NCBI GenBank assembly: GCA_035650895.1
Contig: DASRGT010000017.1
Location: 25,130 to 89,129 of the forward strand
Length of the DNA: 64,000 nt
Source of the DNA: Vicinamibacterales bacterium
GTDB lineage: Bacteria > Acidobacteriota > Vicinamibacteria > Vicinamibacterales > CAVVIG01
Direction of reading: 5' to 3'
The notes beneath the pieces were generated by a model. That model was given only the letters and a program-made list of their open reading frames with translations, had not been told where the DNA came from and did not search any database. The position numbers and the translations under genes are program-made. Shown in pieces: positions 53,106-62,981 of the stretch. Each line of letters begins with the position of its first letter. Positions within the stretch are counted from its first letter, which is position 1.

Positions 53106-54233
53106 ATGTCGGGCATGACGATCGCGTCGAAGGGATTCGTGCTGGCGGCGGCGTTCGCCGCGTTGGCGTATGCGGAACACCGCCTCGAGCCGGCAGCGGA
53201 GGCCCAACGGCGCGCCCCGGCGTTCCAGGTCGATCCGGCGTGGCCGAAAGTGCCGAAGCAGTGGATGCTCGGGCAGGTGGCCGGACTCGCCGTCGACGCG
53301 CGCGACCACGTGTGGATCATCCAGCGGCCGTGGTCGCTCGCGAGCGACGAGGTCGCGAAGGATCCCGAGGCGCCGTGCTGCCATCCGGCGCCGCCGGTGA
53401 TGGAGTTCGACGCGGCGGGCAACTACGTGCAGGGATGGGGCGGACCCGGCGAGGGCTACGAGTGGCCCGCCGACGAGCACACCATTCACGTCGACTACAA
53501 AGGGAACGTGTGGATCTCTTCGGCCGGCGGTCCGCGGCTGCCGACGCGCAAGGAGAACCAGATTCTCAAGTTCACGCAGGCGGGGAAGTTCCTGATGCAG
53601 ATCGGCCACCGCGGCATGAGCAAGGGCAGCCTCGACACCGACAACTTCAACAACGCCGCCGACATCTACGTGTACCCGAAGACGAACGAAGTGTTCGTCG
53701 CGGACGGCTACGTCAATCGGCGCGTCATCGTGCTCGACGCCGACACCGGCGCGTTCAAACGCATGTGGGGCGCGTACGGCAACAAGCCCGACGACGGCGC
53801 GCCGAACAAGCTCGGGCCGGAAGGGCCCGGCCCGCAGCAGTTCAATCTCGTGCACGGCATCCGTGTGTCGGACGACGGCCTGGTCTACGTCGCCGATCGG
53901 ATGAACAACCGCATGCAGGTGTTCACCGTGGACGGCACGTTCACGCGCGAGATCTTCGTCGAGCGCCAGACCAAGCTGCTCGGGACGTCGTTTTCCGTGG
54001 CGTTCTCACCGGATCCGCAGCAGGACCTGCTCTATCTGGCCGATGCCGGCAACGGCCGCATCCACATCTTCGACCGCAAGACGCTCGACGAAGTCGGCGC
54101 GTTCGGCCGCATCGGCCACTACGCCGGAGAATTCGTGTTCCTCCACAACGTGGCGACCGACTCGCACGGCAACGTCTACACCGCCGAGGTCGGGAACGGG
54201 AAGCGGGTTCAGAAGTTCGTGAAGTCGCGATAG
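53106..54233 (+). CDS. Exported NHL-repeat beta-propeller protein (paralog of 35746..37017)
   Basis: ORF 53106..54233. Aligns by eye with the paralog over its whole length (FQVDPAWPK.., DHVWIIQR, CCHPAPPVMEFD, VDYKGNVWI, YVADRMNNRMQVF). Confidence 0.75.
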   Translation: MSGMTIASKGFVLAAAFAALAYAEHRLEPAAEAQRRAPAFQVDPAWPKVPKQWMLGQVAGLAVDARDHVWIIQRPWSLASDEVAKDPEAPCCHPAPPVMEFDAAGNYVQGWGGPGEGYEWPADEHTIHVDYKGNVWISSAGGPRLPTRKENQILKFTQAGKFLMQIGHRGMSKGSLDTDNFNNAADIYVYPKTNEVFVADGYVNRRVIVLDADTGAFKRMWGAYGNKPDDGAPNKLGPEGPGPQQFNLVHGIRVSDDGLVYVADRMNNRMQVFTVDGTFTREIFVERQTKLLGTSFSVAFSPDPQQDLLYLADAGNGRIHIFDRKTLDEVGAFGRIGHYAGEFVFLHNVATDSHGNVYTAEVGNGKRVQKFVKSR

Positions 54234-54994
54234 CCGCGGTCGCCCCACGCGACGAGCCGCGGGCGATCCTCCGACCACCAGACCACGATCCGCCCGTTCA
54301 ACGACTCGTCGTGCGCGATGCGCGCGACGATGTCCGCGACGTCGGTCGTCTTCAGCAGGCGGGCGGGCACGCCGCGCTCGACGCGCTGTTCGGGCGTCAG
54401 CGATTCCCAGTACTGCCGCGGCCCGTCGGAGTCGATCCACCCGGGCGCGAGGCAGTTGATGCGGATGCCGTGTCGGGCGAGGTCGTTGGCGAGGCCGGTG
54501 GTCGCCGAGAGGACGCCGGCCTTGGCGACGTCGTAACCCGGGAAGCCGCCCGGCGTCGTGCGGCCGCGCCACAGCGCCGAGATCGAGGAGATGCTCACGA
54601 TCGATCCGCCGCTCGTGCGCATCGCGTCGATCGCGTGTCGCGTCGTGTGCAGCGTCCCGAACAGATCCGTTCGGATCGAATCGAACCAGCCGGGAATGCC
54701 GTCCACCGGGGGATGCGGCGCCGACGCGTTGTTGATCAGCACGTGCAGGCCGCCGAAGGTCGAGACGGCAAACGCGATCAGGTCGCGCGCCTGCGCGTCG
54801 TCGCCCACGTCGGCATGCTGGAACGCGGCGCGGCCGCCGGCCTCCCGGATGACGCGCACCGTCTCGTGTCCGCCCGCGTCGTTGGTGTCTGACACCACGA
54901 CGGCGAGACCGTCGCGCGCGAACCGCTTCGCGATCGCCCGGCCGCAGCCGGTGCCGCCCGACCCGGTGACGACCGCGACGCGCGTGGCATCCAT
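54209..54994 (-). CDS. SDR-family oxidoreductase
   Basis: ORF 54209..54994. VTGSGGTGCGRA (Rossmann fold), NNAS, YDVAKAG (YxxxK). Confidence 0.85.
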   Translation of the reverse strand: MDATRVAVVTGSGGTGCGRAIAKRFARDGLAVVVSDTNDAGGHETVRVIREAGGRAAFQHADVGDDAQARDLIAFAVSTFGGLHVLINNASAPHPPVDGIPGWFDSIRTDLFGTLHTTRHAIDAMRTSGGSIVSISSISALWRGRTTPGGFPGYDVAKAGVLSATTGLANDLARHGIRINCLAPGWIDSDGPRQYWESLTPEQRVERGVPARLLKTTDVADIVARIAHDESLNGRIVVWWSEDRPRLVAWGDRGYRDFTNF

Positions 54995-55009
54995 CGAGCG
55001 GAGATCCTA

Positions 55010-56557
55010 TCAGCGCCGGGCGAGCCGACGGTAGATGATGAACGTCGGCCCGGGGCGCAGGATCGCGTGAAAACCGGTGACCGGCAGATAGAACGCGTCG
55101 TCGAGGTCGTAGACGCCCGTATCGGGAACGTCCGGCCGCGTCGCGCGGACGCGATGCACGATCTCGTACTGCTGCGACGCGACGGTTCGCAGCGAGGCCG
55201 GCACGGAGGAGTAGAGCGTCAGCGGCGACTCGGGGACGATCAGCCAGTCCGGCAGCGTGTCGCTGCTGCCGATGAAGCGCCCCGACTCTCCGTCGAAGGC
55301 GTGGCGCGGCCACGTCTGGGTTGCGAGGGCGCCGAGCGGCGCGTCGCTGAGACTCGATCCCGCCTGGTAGAGCGACTCCGACGGCTTGACGTGTTCGGCG
55401 AGCCACTGCGACACGAGCACGCGCGTGTCCGGCCGGGCGAGCAGCGTGTCGGACCACACGCTGGTGACGAGCGCGGGGACGACGATCAGGAGCGCGATCG
55501 GGCTGCGGGTCGCCGCGCGTATCGCGAACGCCGCCGCCACGCACAGGAACGGCACGATCGGCAGAATGTAGCGGAAGAACACGGTGTGGCCGCTGCCGAG
55601 CGCCGCGTAGACCGCGAGACAGAACGCGCCGAGCACGGCTGCCGCCGCGCGGCGCCGAACCGCCATGAGGACGAACCCGGCGGTGCCGGCGAGCAGCAGC
55701 GGCCAGCTGAGCGCGGCCGGCAACGATCGCGTGAGGTGATACGTCCAGCCGATGCCGACCTGCACACTGTTGTGTCCCTCCGACAGATGCGTGACGTCGT
55801 ACGTGAACCCCTCGAAAAAGGTGTGGCGATCGAGCAGCGCGTACGGCGTGCCGAGGAGAAACCCCGCAGCGCACGCGGGGGCGAACGCCAGCGACGGCAG
55901 CCACGTTCGCCACGTTCGCCACGAGCGCGGCGACTCGCGTGCCAGCCACAGCTGCGCGGCCGCCATCGACACGACGATCGCGCCGGCGCTGTACTTGGTC
56001 GACGCCGCCAGCCCGCCGACGAATCCTGCCGCGGCGAACCCGCGCGCCGCGCGCGACTCGAGGGCGCGCACCAGCAGGAGCATCGACCCGACGATGAGGC
56101 ACGTCGCCAGGATGTCGGTCATCGCGAAGTGCGAATCGCGGACGTGCAGCGGCGCGACCGCCAGACACAGCGCGGCGACGCCGCCGGTGGCGCCGTCGCC
56201 GATCCGCCGCGTCAGCAGGTAGACGAGCGCCACCGTCAGCGTGCCGGCGGCGGCGACGACGCCGCGAGCGATCAGCAGATCGCCGACGTAATCCGGCGGC
56301 GCGACGCCGACGAGGTGCCGCAGCGCGATCGCCGTCCGGAAGCACGCCGCCAGCAGATAGAACGTCAGCGACGGCCAGTGGAAGAACCGCGGATTGAAGT
56401 CGCCGCCGAGGACGTCGACGGCGTGGCCGATCGTGACCTCTTCGTCGGGCCGCGCATACTCGAAGGGCAGGCCGAACCAGATCGGCACGAACCGCAGGAC
56501 CGCCGCGAGCGCGAGCACGAGGACGATCCAGCGGCGGGAAACGTCAGCGCGCCGCAA
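55010..56557 (-). CDS. GT39/ArnT-like (PMT_2) membrane glycosyltransferase
   Basis: ORF 55010..56557, TTG start. Polytopic. N-terminal PFEYARPDEEV loop typical of the DE-motif family. Confidence 0.75.
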   Translation of the reverse strand: MRRADVSRRWIVLVLALAAVLRFVPIWFGLPFEYARPDEEVTIGHAVDVLGGDFNPRFFHWPSLTFYLLAACFRTAIALRHLVGVAPPDYVGDLLIARGVVAAAGTLTVALVYLLTRRIGDGATGGVAALCLAVAPLHVRDSHFAMTDILATCLIVGSMLLLVRALESRAARGFAAAGFVGGLAASTKYSAGAIVVSMAAAQLWLARESPRSWRTWRTWLPSLAFAPACAAGFLLGTPYALLDRHTFFEGFTYDVTHLSEGHNSVQVGIGWTYHLTRSLPAALSWPLLLAGTAGFVLMAVRRRAAAAVLGAFCLAVYAALGSGHTVFFRYILPIVPFLCVAAAFAIRAATRSPIALLIVVPALVTSVWSDTLLARPDTRVLVSQWLAEHVKPSESLYQAGSSLSDAPLGALATQTWPRHAFDGESGRFIGSSDTLPDWLIVPESPLTLYSSVPASLRTVASQQYEIVHRVRATRPDVPDTGVYDLDDAFYLPVTGFHAILRPGPTFIIYRRLARR

Positions 56558-57548
56558 GCCCTTCCTTCAGGAATGCGACGAGCGGCGGGTACGTTCGATC
56601 GGGCGCTTCCATGTGCGGCACGTGGCCCAGTCCCGGCAGGAGCAGCAGCCGCCCGTTGCCGTTCGGAATCGTGTCGGCGATGTACTTCATCCGATCCTGG
56701 AACACCTTCGCCGAACCGGCGAGCATGTCCTCCGCGCCGCCGAACGCCAGCGTGGGCGCCTTGATGTGCGCCCAGTCGTCGATCACCTGCTCGCGGTACA
56801 GCATGTCGCCGATGAGCGTCTGGATCATCGCGAGCCGCGGCCAGTCGGCCGAGAGCGTCCACGCGTAGCGGATCCTGGCGTAGCTCTCGAACTGCGGCGT
56901 CCATGCCGCCGGGTTGTGCGCGACGTACCGCATCAGCGACGACCTCACCGTCTGATAGTTCGACGCGAGCGTCCGTTTGTAGGTCTCCTCCGTGTTGCCG
57001 GCGGGACGGTTGTAGCGGCCGTCGACGAGACCGATCGGGTTGTAGAGGACGAGCCGCTCCACCGTATCGGGGAACTGCGTGGCGAACCGCGCCGCGAGCA
57101 TTCCGCCCATCGAATGCCCGACGACCATCGCCTTCTGAATCCCGAGGTGCTCGAGGATCAGATGCGTATTGCGCGCCATGTCGTCGAACGTGTACGGCAT
57201 GATCGGCTTCGACGACCGGCCGTATCCGATCTGATCCGGCACGACGACGCGGAACCCGGCCTGCCGCAGCGCATCGATGGGACCGCCGAAGTAGAAGCCG
57301 GCGAAATTGTTGCCGTGCAGCAGGACCACCGTATGGCCGTTCGCCGGACCGCTCGGCGGCACGTCCATGTACGCGATGCGCAGATCCTGCCCGTACAGCG
57401 TGACCGGCAGGTACGAACTCGGGTACGGATACGGAACATCCTCGCAGGTGATGCTGCCGGGTTTGACGTCGGTCGGGTTGGGCGTCGGCGCCGGCTGCTG
57501 CGCGGACACGACGGCTCCGAGTGCGAGCGCGAGCGCGAGAGATTTCAT
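56544..57548 (-). CDS. Exported alpha/beta hydrolase
   Basis: ATG 57548 in ORF 56544..57650 (MKSLALALALGAVVSA). VVLLHGNN, GHSMGG, GLGHVPHME. Confidence 0.8.
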   Translation of the reverse strand: MKSLALALALGAVVSAQQPAPTPNPTDVKPGSITCEDVPYPYPSSYLPVTLYGQDLRIAYMDVPPSGPANGHTVVLLHGNNFAGFYFGGPIDALRQAGFRVVVPDQIGYGRSSKPIMPYTFDDMARNTHLILEHLGIQKAMVVGHSMGGMLAARFATQFPDTVERLVLYNPIGLVDGRYNRPAGNTEETYKRTLASNYQTVRSSLMRYVAHNPAAWTPQFESYARIRYAWTLSADWPRLAMIQTLIGDMLYREQVIDDWAHIKAPTLAFGGAEDMLAGSAKVFQDRMKYIADTIPNGNGRLLLLPGLGHVPHMEAPDRTYPPLVAFLKEGLAAR

Positions 57549-57573
57549 ACGTCGCGCAGTGTACCTGAAGTCG

Positions 57574-58743
57574 TCAGCCGGACGGCCGGGCCCAGATGTC
57601 CGCCAGGGCGCGCTGCGCGTTGCCGCCGAGGATGCCCGCGATCTGCGCATCGGTGTAGCCGCGCCGGATCAACCCCTCGGTGAAATCGAACACGCGCCTG
57701 ACGTGATTCAGTCCGCGGATCGTGATGCCGCCGTCGGGATCCTCGTGATACTGGTAGCGCGAGAAGTTCGGCTGCGACCGCGGATCGAAGCCGCCGCCGT
57801 TCACCGCGTTCGGGTTGCCGACCACGTCGAGGTCGCTGCCGATCGCGACGTGCTCGATCCCGACCAGCTTCGCGACGTAGTCGACATGGTCGAGCACGTG
57901 CTCGATCGTGACGGGCTCGCTGTCCTTCACCATGAAGCGGATCATCGCGATGCCCATCACGCCGCCGGTCTTCGCCATCCTGCGGATCGCATCGTCGGTC
58001 TTGCAGCGGAGGTGTCCGGGGACCAGCGCCCGCGCGGTCGCGTGCGTGAACAGAACCGGCCTGGTCGCGGCGGCCAGGGCGTCGAGCGTCGTCTGATCGC
58101 CGCAGTGCGACACATCGACGGCCATGCCGACGCGCTCCATCCGCCGCATGATCGCGTGGCCGAACACCGACAGGCCGCCGTCCCGCTCCTCGAGGAAGCC
58201 GCTGCCGATGCGGTTGTTGAAGTTGTAGGTGAGCTGCGAAATCCGCTGGCCGAGACCGAAGAACGCGTCGACGTCGTCCGGCGACCGGAAATGCGTCGAG
58301 TCCTGCAGCGTGAGCATGACGCCGATCTTGCTCTGCGCCTTGGCCCGCGCGAAATCCGATGCCTTGTCGATGCGCGTCAACCACTCGCTGTAGCCGGCGA
58401 GGAATCCGTTCCACTTCGCGAACAGCTCGACGCCGTCCTCGTAGCCGCGCGCGCCGTCGCCGAGGCAGAAGCACGTGATCCCCGAGCTGCGGTATCGGGC
58501 GGCGTCGTCGGCGGTAAACGCGCCGGGCGTCGTCAGCCATCGATCGATGCGGGGCGGCTTCACCGCGTAATCCGGGAACTGGAACTGGTCGAGGAGGTCG
58601 ACGACGACGTTCGATTCGACCAGGTGGATCGCGCGCGCCGAATACGTCGCGTTCGATTGCGCGAACGGCGTGAACCGTCCGCGCAGGATCGCCGGCGCCG
58701 CGGCGCCCACCGCGAGCGCGCGCATCGTCTCCCGCCGCGTCAT
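57574..58743 (-). CDS. M19-family (renal-dipeptidase-like) peptidase with a Tat-like signal
   Basis: ATG 58743 in ORF 57574..59286 (MTRRETMRALAVGAAAPA). VDVSHCG, FTHATARAL, GSDLD. The first HxD motif is not obvious. Confidence 0.75.
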   Translation of the reverse strand: MTRRETMRALAVGAAAPAILRGRFTPFAQSNATYSARAIHLVESNVVVDLLDQFQFPDYAVKPPRIDRWLTTPGAFTADDAARYRSSGITCFCLGDGARGYEDGVELFAKWNGFLAGYSEWLTRIDKASDFARAKAQSKIGVMLTLQDSTHFRSPDDVDAFFGLGQRISQLTYNFNNRIGSGFLEERDGGLSVFGHAIMRRMERVGMAVDVSHCGDQTTLDALAAATRPVLFTHATARALVPGHLRCKTDDAIRRMAKTGGVMGIAMIRFMVKDSEPVTIEHVLDHVDYVAKLVGIEHVAIGSDLDVVGNPNAVNGGGFDPRSQPNFSRYQYHEDPDGGITIRGLNHVRRVFDFTEGLIRRGYTDAQIAGILGGNAQRALADIWARPSG

Positions 58744-58748
58744 CGCGC

Positions 58749-60035
58749 TCACCGCAAGGCTCCGTCGCCGCGGACGAGGCGGCCGCCCTTGATCACGTAG
58801 CGGATGCGACGCGTGTTGCGAATGTCGATCGCCGGATCGGCGTCGACGACGAGGATGTCGGCGATCTTGCCAGGCGCCAGCGTTCCACGTTCGTCGTCGA
58901 TCCCGATCGCATGCGCGGCGCCGCTGGTGGCGGCGACCAGCGCCTGCATCGGCGTCAGCGTCGCGCCCTGGACCAGCGCCTCGAGCTCGCGATGCAGCAG
59001 CGGCAGCGGGTCGCGGTCGGACATCATGTCGTCGACGCCGGCGGCGATCGTGACGCCGAGCTCCTGCGCGCGCTTGGTGACGGCGTTCATCCATGGCGTC
59101 CGCACGGCGGCAAGGTCGTCCTTCGCCGGACCGTTCGAGAAGATCCACAGTGTCGGATTCAACGCCACGTCGCGCTGCCGCATCGACTGCAGCAGCGCCG
59201 TCATCGCCGCACCGTCGGCCGGCACCGCCGCGAAATCGCCGCGCGCGCGTTTCGAAAAGTCGGCGCTCGGCGGCATCCCTTCCCACACGAGATATGCCGC
59301 GTGCGCGAGCATCTTGACGCCGGCGCCGACGAGATCGGACGGCTTGGCCGGGAAGACCGTCGCGTGAGCGACGAGCCGGACGTGCTGCCGTGCCGCTTCT
59401 TCGCCGATGCGCCGCACCGTCGGCGCGTCGAGCGCGGCGTAGAGCTTGATCGTCGTCGCGCCGGCGCCGCGCGCCTCAGCGACGGCGTGGACGAGATCCG
59501 TGCCGCTCGAAATTTCGCGGTTCCACGGCGCATCGCCGGGTCGGTACCCGAGCGACGCCGCGACGACGCGGGGATCGGTGAAGAAGGCGGGTCCGGCGAA
59601 CAGCGACGCGTAGCCGATCGCCGGCGAGTCGATGTCGCCGGCGAGCGACTCGCGCGCGAGGTCGCTCGTCATCCGCACGTCGCCGGCCATGTCGAAGACG
59701 GTGGTGACGCCGCCGCGCAGCACCCGCGACAGCCGTTCGACGACCTCGGCGCGCGGCCCGCCCGACAGGTGCACGTGCGCATCGATCAGGCCCGGCACCG
59801 CGAACAGGCTGCGGCCGTCGATGGTCAGGTCGGCGTCGGGCGCGTCCTGGCCGATCGACGCGATGCGGCCGTCACGGACGAAGACGCTCGCGCCGGCACG
59901 CGGCGCGCCGCCGCTCCCGTCGATCACCGTGACGCCGCGAATCAACAGCGACGGGCCGGGCGGCCGCGACTGCGCGATAATCATCGGCGCGCTTGCGACG
60001 ATGGACGCGAGCAGCAGGGCGAGGGGACGACGCAT
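58749..60035 (-). CDS. Exported amidohydrolase-family protein
   Basis: ATG 60035 in ORF 58749..60200 (MRRPLALLLASIVASAPMIIA). GLIDAHVHL. C-terminal GKIADILVVD. Confidence 0.8.
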   Translation of the reverse strand: MRRPLALLLASIVASAPMIIAQSRPPGPSLLIRGVTVIDGSGGAPRAGASVFVRDGRIASIGQDAPDADLTIDGRSLFAVPGLIDAHVHLSGGPRAEVVERLSRVLRGGVTTVFDMAGDVRMTSDLARESLAGDIDSPAIGYASLFAGPAFFTDPRVVAASLGYRPGDAPWNREISSGTDLVHAVAEARGAGATTIKLYAALDAPTVRRIGEEAARQHVRLVAHATVFPAKPSDLVGAGVKMLAHAAYLVWEGMPPSADFSKRARGDFAAVPADGAAMTALLQSMRQRDVALNPTLWIFSNGPAKDDLAAVRTPWMNAVTKRAQELGVTIAAGVDDMMSDRDPLPLLHRELEALVQGATLTPMQALVAATSGAAHAIGIDDERGTLAPGKIADILVVDADPAIDIRNTRRIRYVIKGGRLVRGDGALR

Positions 60036-61902
60036 GGCGAAATCGTATCGCAGACGAACGTTCCTGAAGGCCGCGGCGGCGGCAACGGCCGGCAGCGTGC
60101 TCGCGCGGCGCTCCGCGTGGGCCGCGGCGAACGGCGCCACGACGATCGATCCCGCCTGGATGATCACGCCGAAGCAGGCGCTGGAGTGGAACCTCTTCAA
60201 GAGCGCCGGCGGCCCGACCTACGCCGGCAGCAGCGGCTGGAAGCGCTTCACCGATTTCCTGGTCGCCAGGCTGCCCGAACTCGGCGCCGTCGATCTCGAT
60301 TCGGTCGACATTCCGTACGACCACTACATCGTCCAAGACTGGCCCGATCGCCGGACGCACGCCCACGGATCGGGCGTCGCGGTCGAGGCGCTCGTCAGCG
60401 ATGGAACGGCGGTCCCGGTCGTCGCATCGTACGGGATGACGTCCGGATTCACGCCGAAGGAAGGCATCACGGCGCCGATGCTGTTCTACGATCCGGCGCA
60501 ACCGCCCGACGCGCGGGCGATCGCCGGAAAGATTCTCGTGTTCGCGACCGCGCCGTACCCCGACCCGCCGTACTCCGACACGTTTCTCGACAACTACACG
60601 CCGACCGACTACGAGTGGCGCTCGCCGGGCGAGTGGCCGCCGCTGTTCGTGCCGCCGCCGCCGAGCGTGACGAGCTCCTATCACTGCCGGTGGGTGTGGG
60701 GCCAGCTCGGCGCGTGCGCCGCGATCGGCATCCGGCACCGCGCCGCGGGCATCGTGGCCGTCTACGATCTGTCGCCCGGCGCGGCGTTCGGCCTGGCGCA
60801 GCGCAGCGTGTACACCGCCGACGGCAAAGCCGGACTCGGCGCGGCGTACGTGAACTGTCCGACGCTGACGCTCGATCGCGTCAACGGCGCGAGGGTGATC
60901 GGCGACGCGAAGGCGGGGAAGACGGCGACGCTGACGCTGACCGCGCGCTTCCAGCGCGACACGGGCCGCGCGTTCATCGCGCACCTTCCCGGTCGCCGCT
61001 ACGGCGCGCCGGACGACGAACAGATCCTGATCGCGACGCACACCGATGCCATGTCGCTCGTCGAAGAGAACGGCGGTCTCGGCCTGCTCGGCATCCTCTC
61101 CTACTTCAACCACGTGCCGAGGTCCGCGCGTGCTCGCACGCTCACCTTCTATTTCGACTGCCGCCACTTCATGCCCGGAGGCGAGGCCAGCTGGCCGCAG
61201 TTCGACTACTACACGATCCATCCCGACAAGCTGCGGTCGATCGTCGCGACGATCGGCGTCGAGCACATGGGCGGACGCCAGACGATCGAGACCGGCCCCG
61301 GGGGAAACGACTACGCGTACTCGAGCGCGCGGCCCGAGGACGGCGGCGTGATCACGAGCTTGATGGACGTCTACAACAACAACGTGTGGCTCGTCGACGC
61401 GATCGCGCGCGCCGCGACCGGGAACCGCTGGCCGAGAGTGGACGTCAAGGCGGGGAACGTCGCCCCCGGCGTGAACGGCGGCTTCCAGGGCACGGTCAAG
61501 AGCCCGATGAACAAGGGGCGCGCGTACAAGATTCCAGGCGTGGGCCTCGCCGGCGACTGGCCGGGCGGCTGGACGCAGACCTACGCGCAGGCCGACACGG
61601 AGGCGGGCGCGCACGGGTTCGACGAGCGCTACTTCGTGCAGCAGGTCGCGGGACTGTCGCAGATTGCCGGCGATCTGATGACGGTGGCGCCGATCGTGAT
61701 CGACCTGGGCTGGGGCGCGCTGAAGTCGGCCATCGCCCGGCTGCCGATCGTCGAACGCGACGCTCGCATGGCGCAGTACCTCGCCGCGTTCCGCCACGTC
61801 GAAACCGGCGCGCTCGGCCGCGCGCATGCGGCGCTGGCGCCGCTCGCCTCGACCCCGTCGCTCGCGCCGCTCGTCGAGGCGCAGCTCGCCAAACTGGCGT
61901 GA
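60034..61902 (+). CDS. Tat-exported hypothetical protein (possible PA / M28-like fold)
   Basis: ATG 60034 in ORF 59632..61902. MAKSYRRRTFLKAAAAATAG Tat motif. ILIATHTDAMSLVEENGG. Function unclear. Confidence 0.6.
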   Translation: MAKSYRRRTFLKAAAAATAGSVLARRSAWAAANGATTIDPAWMITPKQALEWNLFKSAGGPTYAGSSGWKRFTDFLVARLPELGAVDLDSVDIPYDHYIVQDWPDRRTHAHGSGVAVEALVSDGTAVPVVASYGMTSGFTPKEGITAPMLFYDPAQPPDARAIAGKILVFATAPYPDPPYSDTFLDNYTPTDYEWRSPGEWPPLFVPPPPSVTSSYHCRWVWGQLGACAAIGIRHRAAGIVAVYDLSPGAAFGLAQRSVYTADGKAGLGAAYVNCPTLTLDRVNGARVIGDAKAGKTATLTLTARFQRDTGRAFIAHLPGRRYGAPDDEQILIATHTDAMSLVEENGGLGLLGILSYFNHVPRSARARTLTFYFDCRHFMPGGEASWPQFDYYTIHPDKLRSIVATIGVEHMGGRQTIETGPGGNDYAYSSARPEDGGVITSLMDVYNNNVWLVDAIARAATGNRWPRVDVKAGNVAPGVNGGFQGTVKSPMNKGRAYKIPGVGLAGDWPGGWTQTYAQADTEAGAHGFDERYFVQQVAGLSQIAGDLMTVAPIVIDLGWGALKSAIARLPIVERDARMAQYLAAFRHVETGALGRAHAALAPLASTPSLAPLVEAQLAKLA

Positions 61903-62963
61903 CCCGCGCGCGCATCGCCGCCGCGCGGCTCGCGAACCAGCATCTCGCGCGGCCCGCGTCGGACGATCCCGCCGCGGTGGTGTCGTGGTTCGGCGCCGTC
62001 CAGGCGCAGGACTACGGCGCCGCGACCTGGGCGCTCGCGACGCGGCTGCGCGGTCGCGCCACCCACGCGGCGATCTCCGCCGCGATCGACGAGGGCCGCA
62101 TTCTGCGCACGCACGTGATGCGTCCGACGTGGCATTTCGTCGCGCCGGACGACATCCGCTGGATGCTGGAGCTGACCGCGCCTCGCGTTCATCGCGCGCT
62201 GAACTGGGGACACACGCAACTCGGGACGCATGCCGCGCTGCGGAACCGCGCGATGGCGGTCATCGAACGCGCGCTCGCCGCGCAGCCGGCCCAGACGCGG
62301 CCCGAACTCGCAAGCCACCTCGCGCGGGCGGGGATGCCGTTGAACGGCACGGCGCTCGCCCTCGTCGTCATGCACGCGGAGGTGGAGCAGTTGATCTGCA
62401 GCGGTCCGCGGCGCGGCAAGCAATCGACCTACGTGCTGTTCGAGCGCCGCGTTCCGAAATCGACGCGCCGGTCGCGCGACGAAGCGCTCGCGGAGTTGAC
62501 GATCCGCTACTTCCGGAGCCATGCGCCCGCGACGGTGCGCGATTTCAGCTGGTGGTCGGGCTTGACGGCCGCCGACGCGCGCCGCGGACTCGACATCGTG
62601 CGCGGCCGAAGCGAGTCGATCGACGGGCTGACCTACTTTTCGCTGCCGCACCGCCGCCGCGCGACGCCGTCGGCGCGTGTTCATCTGCTGCCGGTGTACG
62701 ACGAGTACCTGGTCGCATACCGCGATCTGGCCGCCGTTCCGCGCGGCGCCGCGAAGTGGGGCATCCTCCCCCAGGCTCTCGTCGTCGACGGCCTGGTCGT
62801 CGGCGACTGGAAACCCGACCGTCGCGGGAACGACCTCACGGTGCGCGTCAGAGCCGAGCGGCGGCTGACCGAAGCCGAGCGCGCCGCGCTCGTCCGGGTG
62901 GTGGACCGCTACCGCGGCTTCCACGCGGCGCCGACCGCACGCCTAGACATACTGCCTATGTGA
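61899..62963 (+). CDS. Winged-helix HTH_42 (YcaQ/AlkZ-like) DNA glycosylase-family protein
   Basis: GTG 61899 (GTGA overlap with the upstream stop) in ORF 58911..62963. ..VVSWFGAVQAQDYGAATWAL.. N-terminal pattern. C-terminus LLPVYDEYLVAY. Confidence 0.7.
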   Translation: MTRARIAAARLANQHLARPASDDPAAVVSWFGAVQAQDYGAATWALATRLRGRATHAAISAAIDEGRILRTHVMRPTWHFVAPDDIRWMLELTAPRVHRALNWGHTQLGTHAALRNRAMAVIERALAAQPAQTRPELASHLARAGMPLNGTALALVVMHAEVEQLICSGPRRGKQSTYVLFERRVPKSTRRSRDEALAELTIRYFRSHAPATVRDFSWWSGLTAADARRGLDIVRGRSESIDGLTYFSLPHRRRATPSARVHLLPVYDEYLVAYRDLAAVPRGAAKWGILPQALVVDGLVVGDWKPDRRGNDLTVRVRAERRLTEAERAALVRVVDRYRGFHAAPTARLDILPM

Positions 62964-62973
62964 CCGGTAGAAT
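62944..62973 (+). promoter_or_regulatory. Candidate promoter TAGACA-N18-TAGAAT ending 8 nt before the padR ATG (implies a leaderless mRNA)
   Basis: TAGACA at 62944..62949 and TAGAAT at 62968..62973, read directly. No SD before the ATG at 62982. Inverted repeat ACATA-N5-TATGT at 62947..62961. Palindrome TGCCTAGGCA at 62973..62982. Confidence 0.35.
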
Positions 62974-62981
62974 GCCTAGGC

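Noticed and set aside
57574-62963. The giant ORFs 57574..59286(-) and 58911..62963(+), which suggest fused multi-domain proteins.
   Set aside because: Only their C-terminal portions carry recognisable domains, and these begin at internal starts with signal peptides (58743) or a coupled GTG (61899). The upstream parts overlap genuine genes on the other strand.
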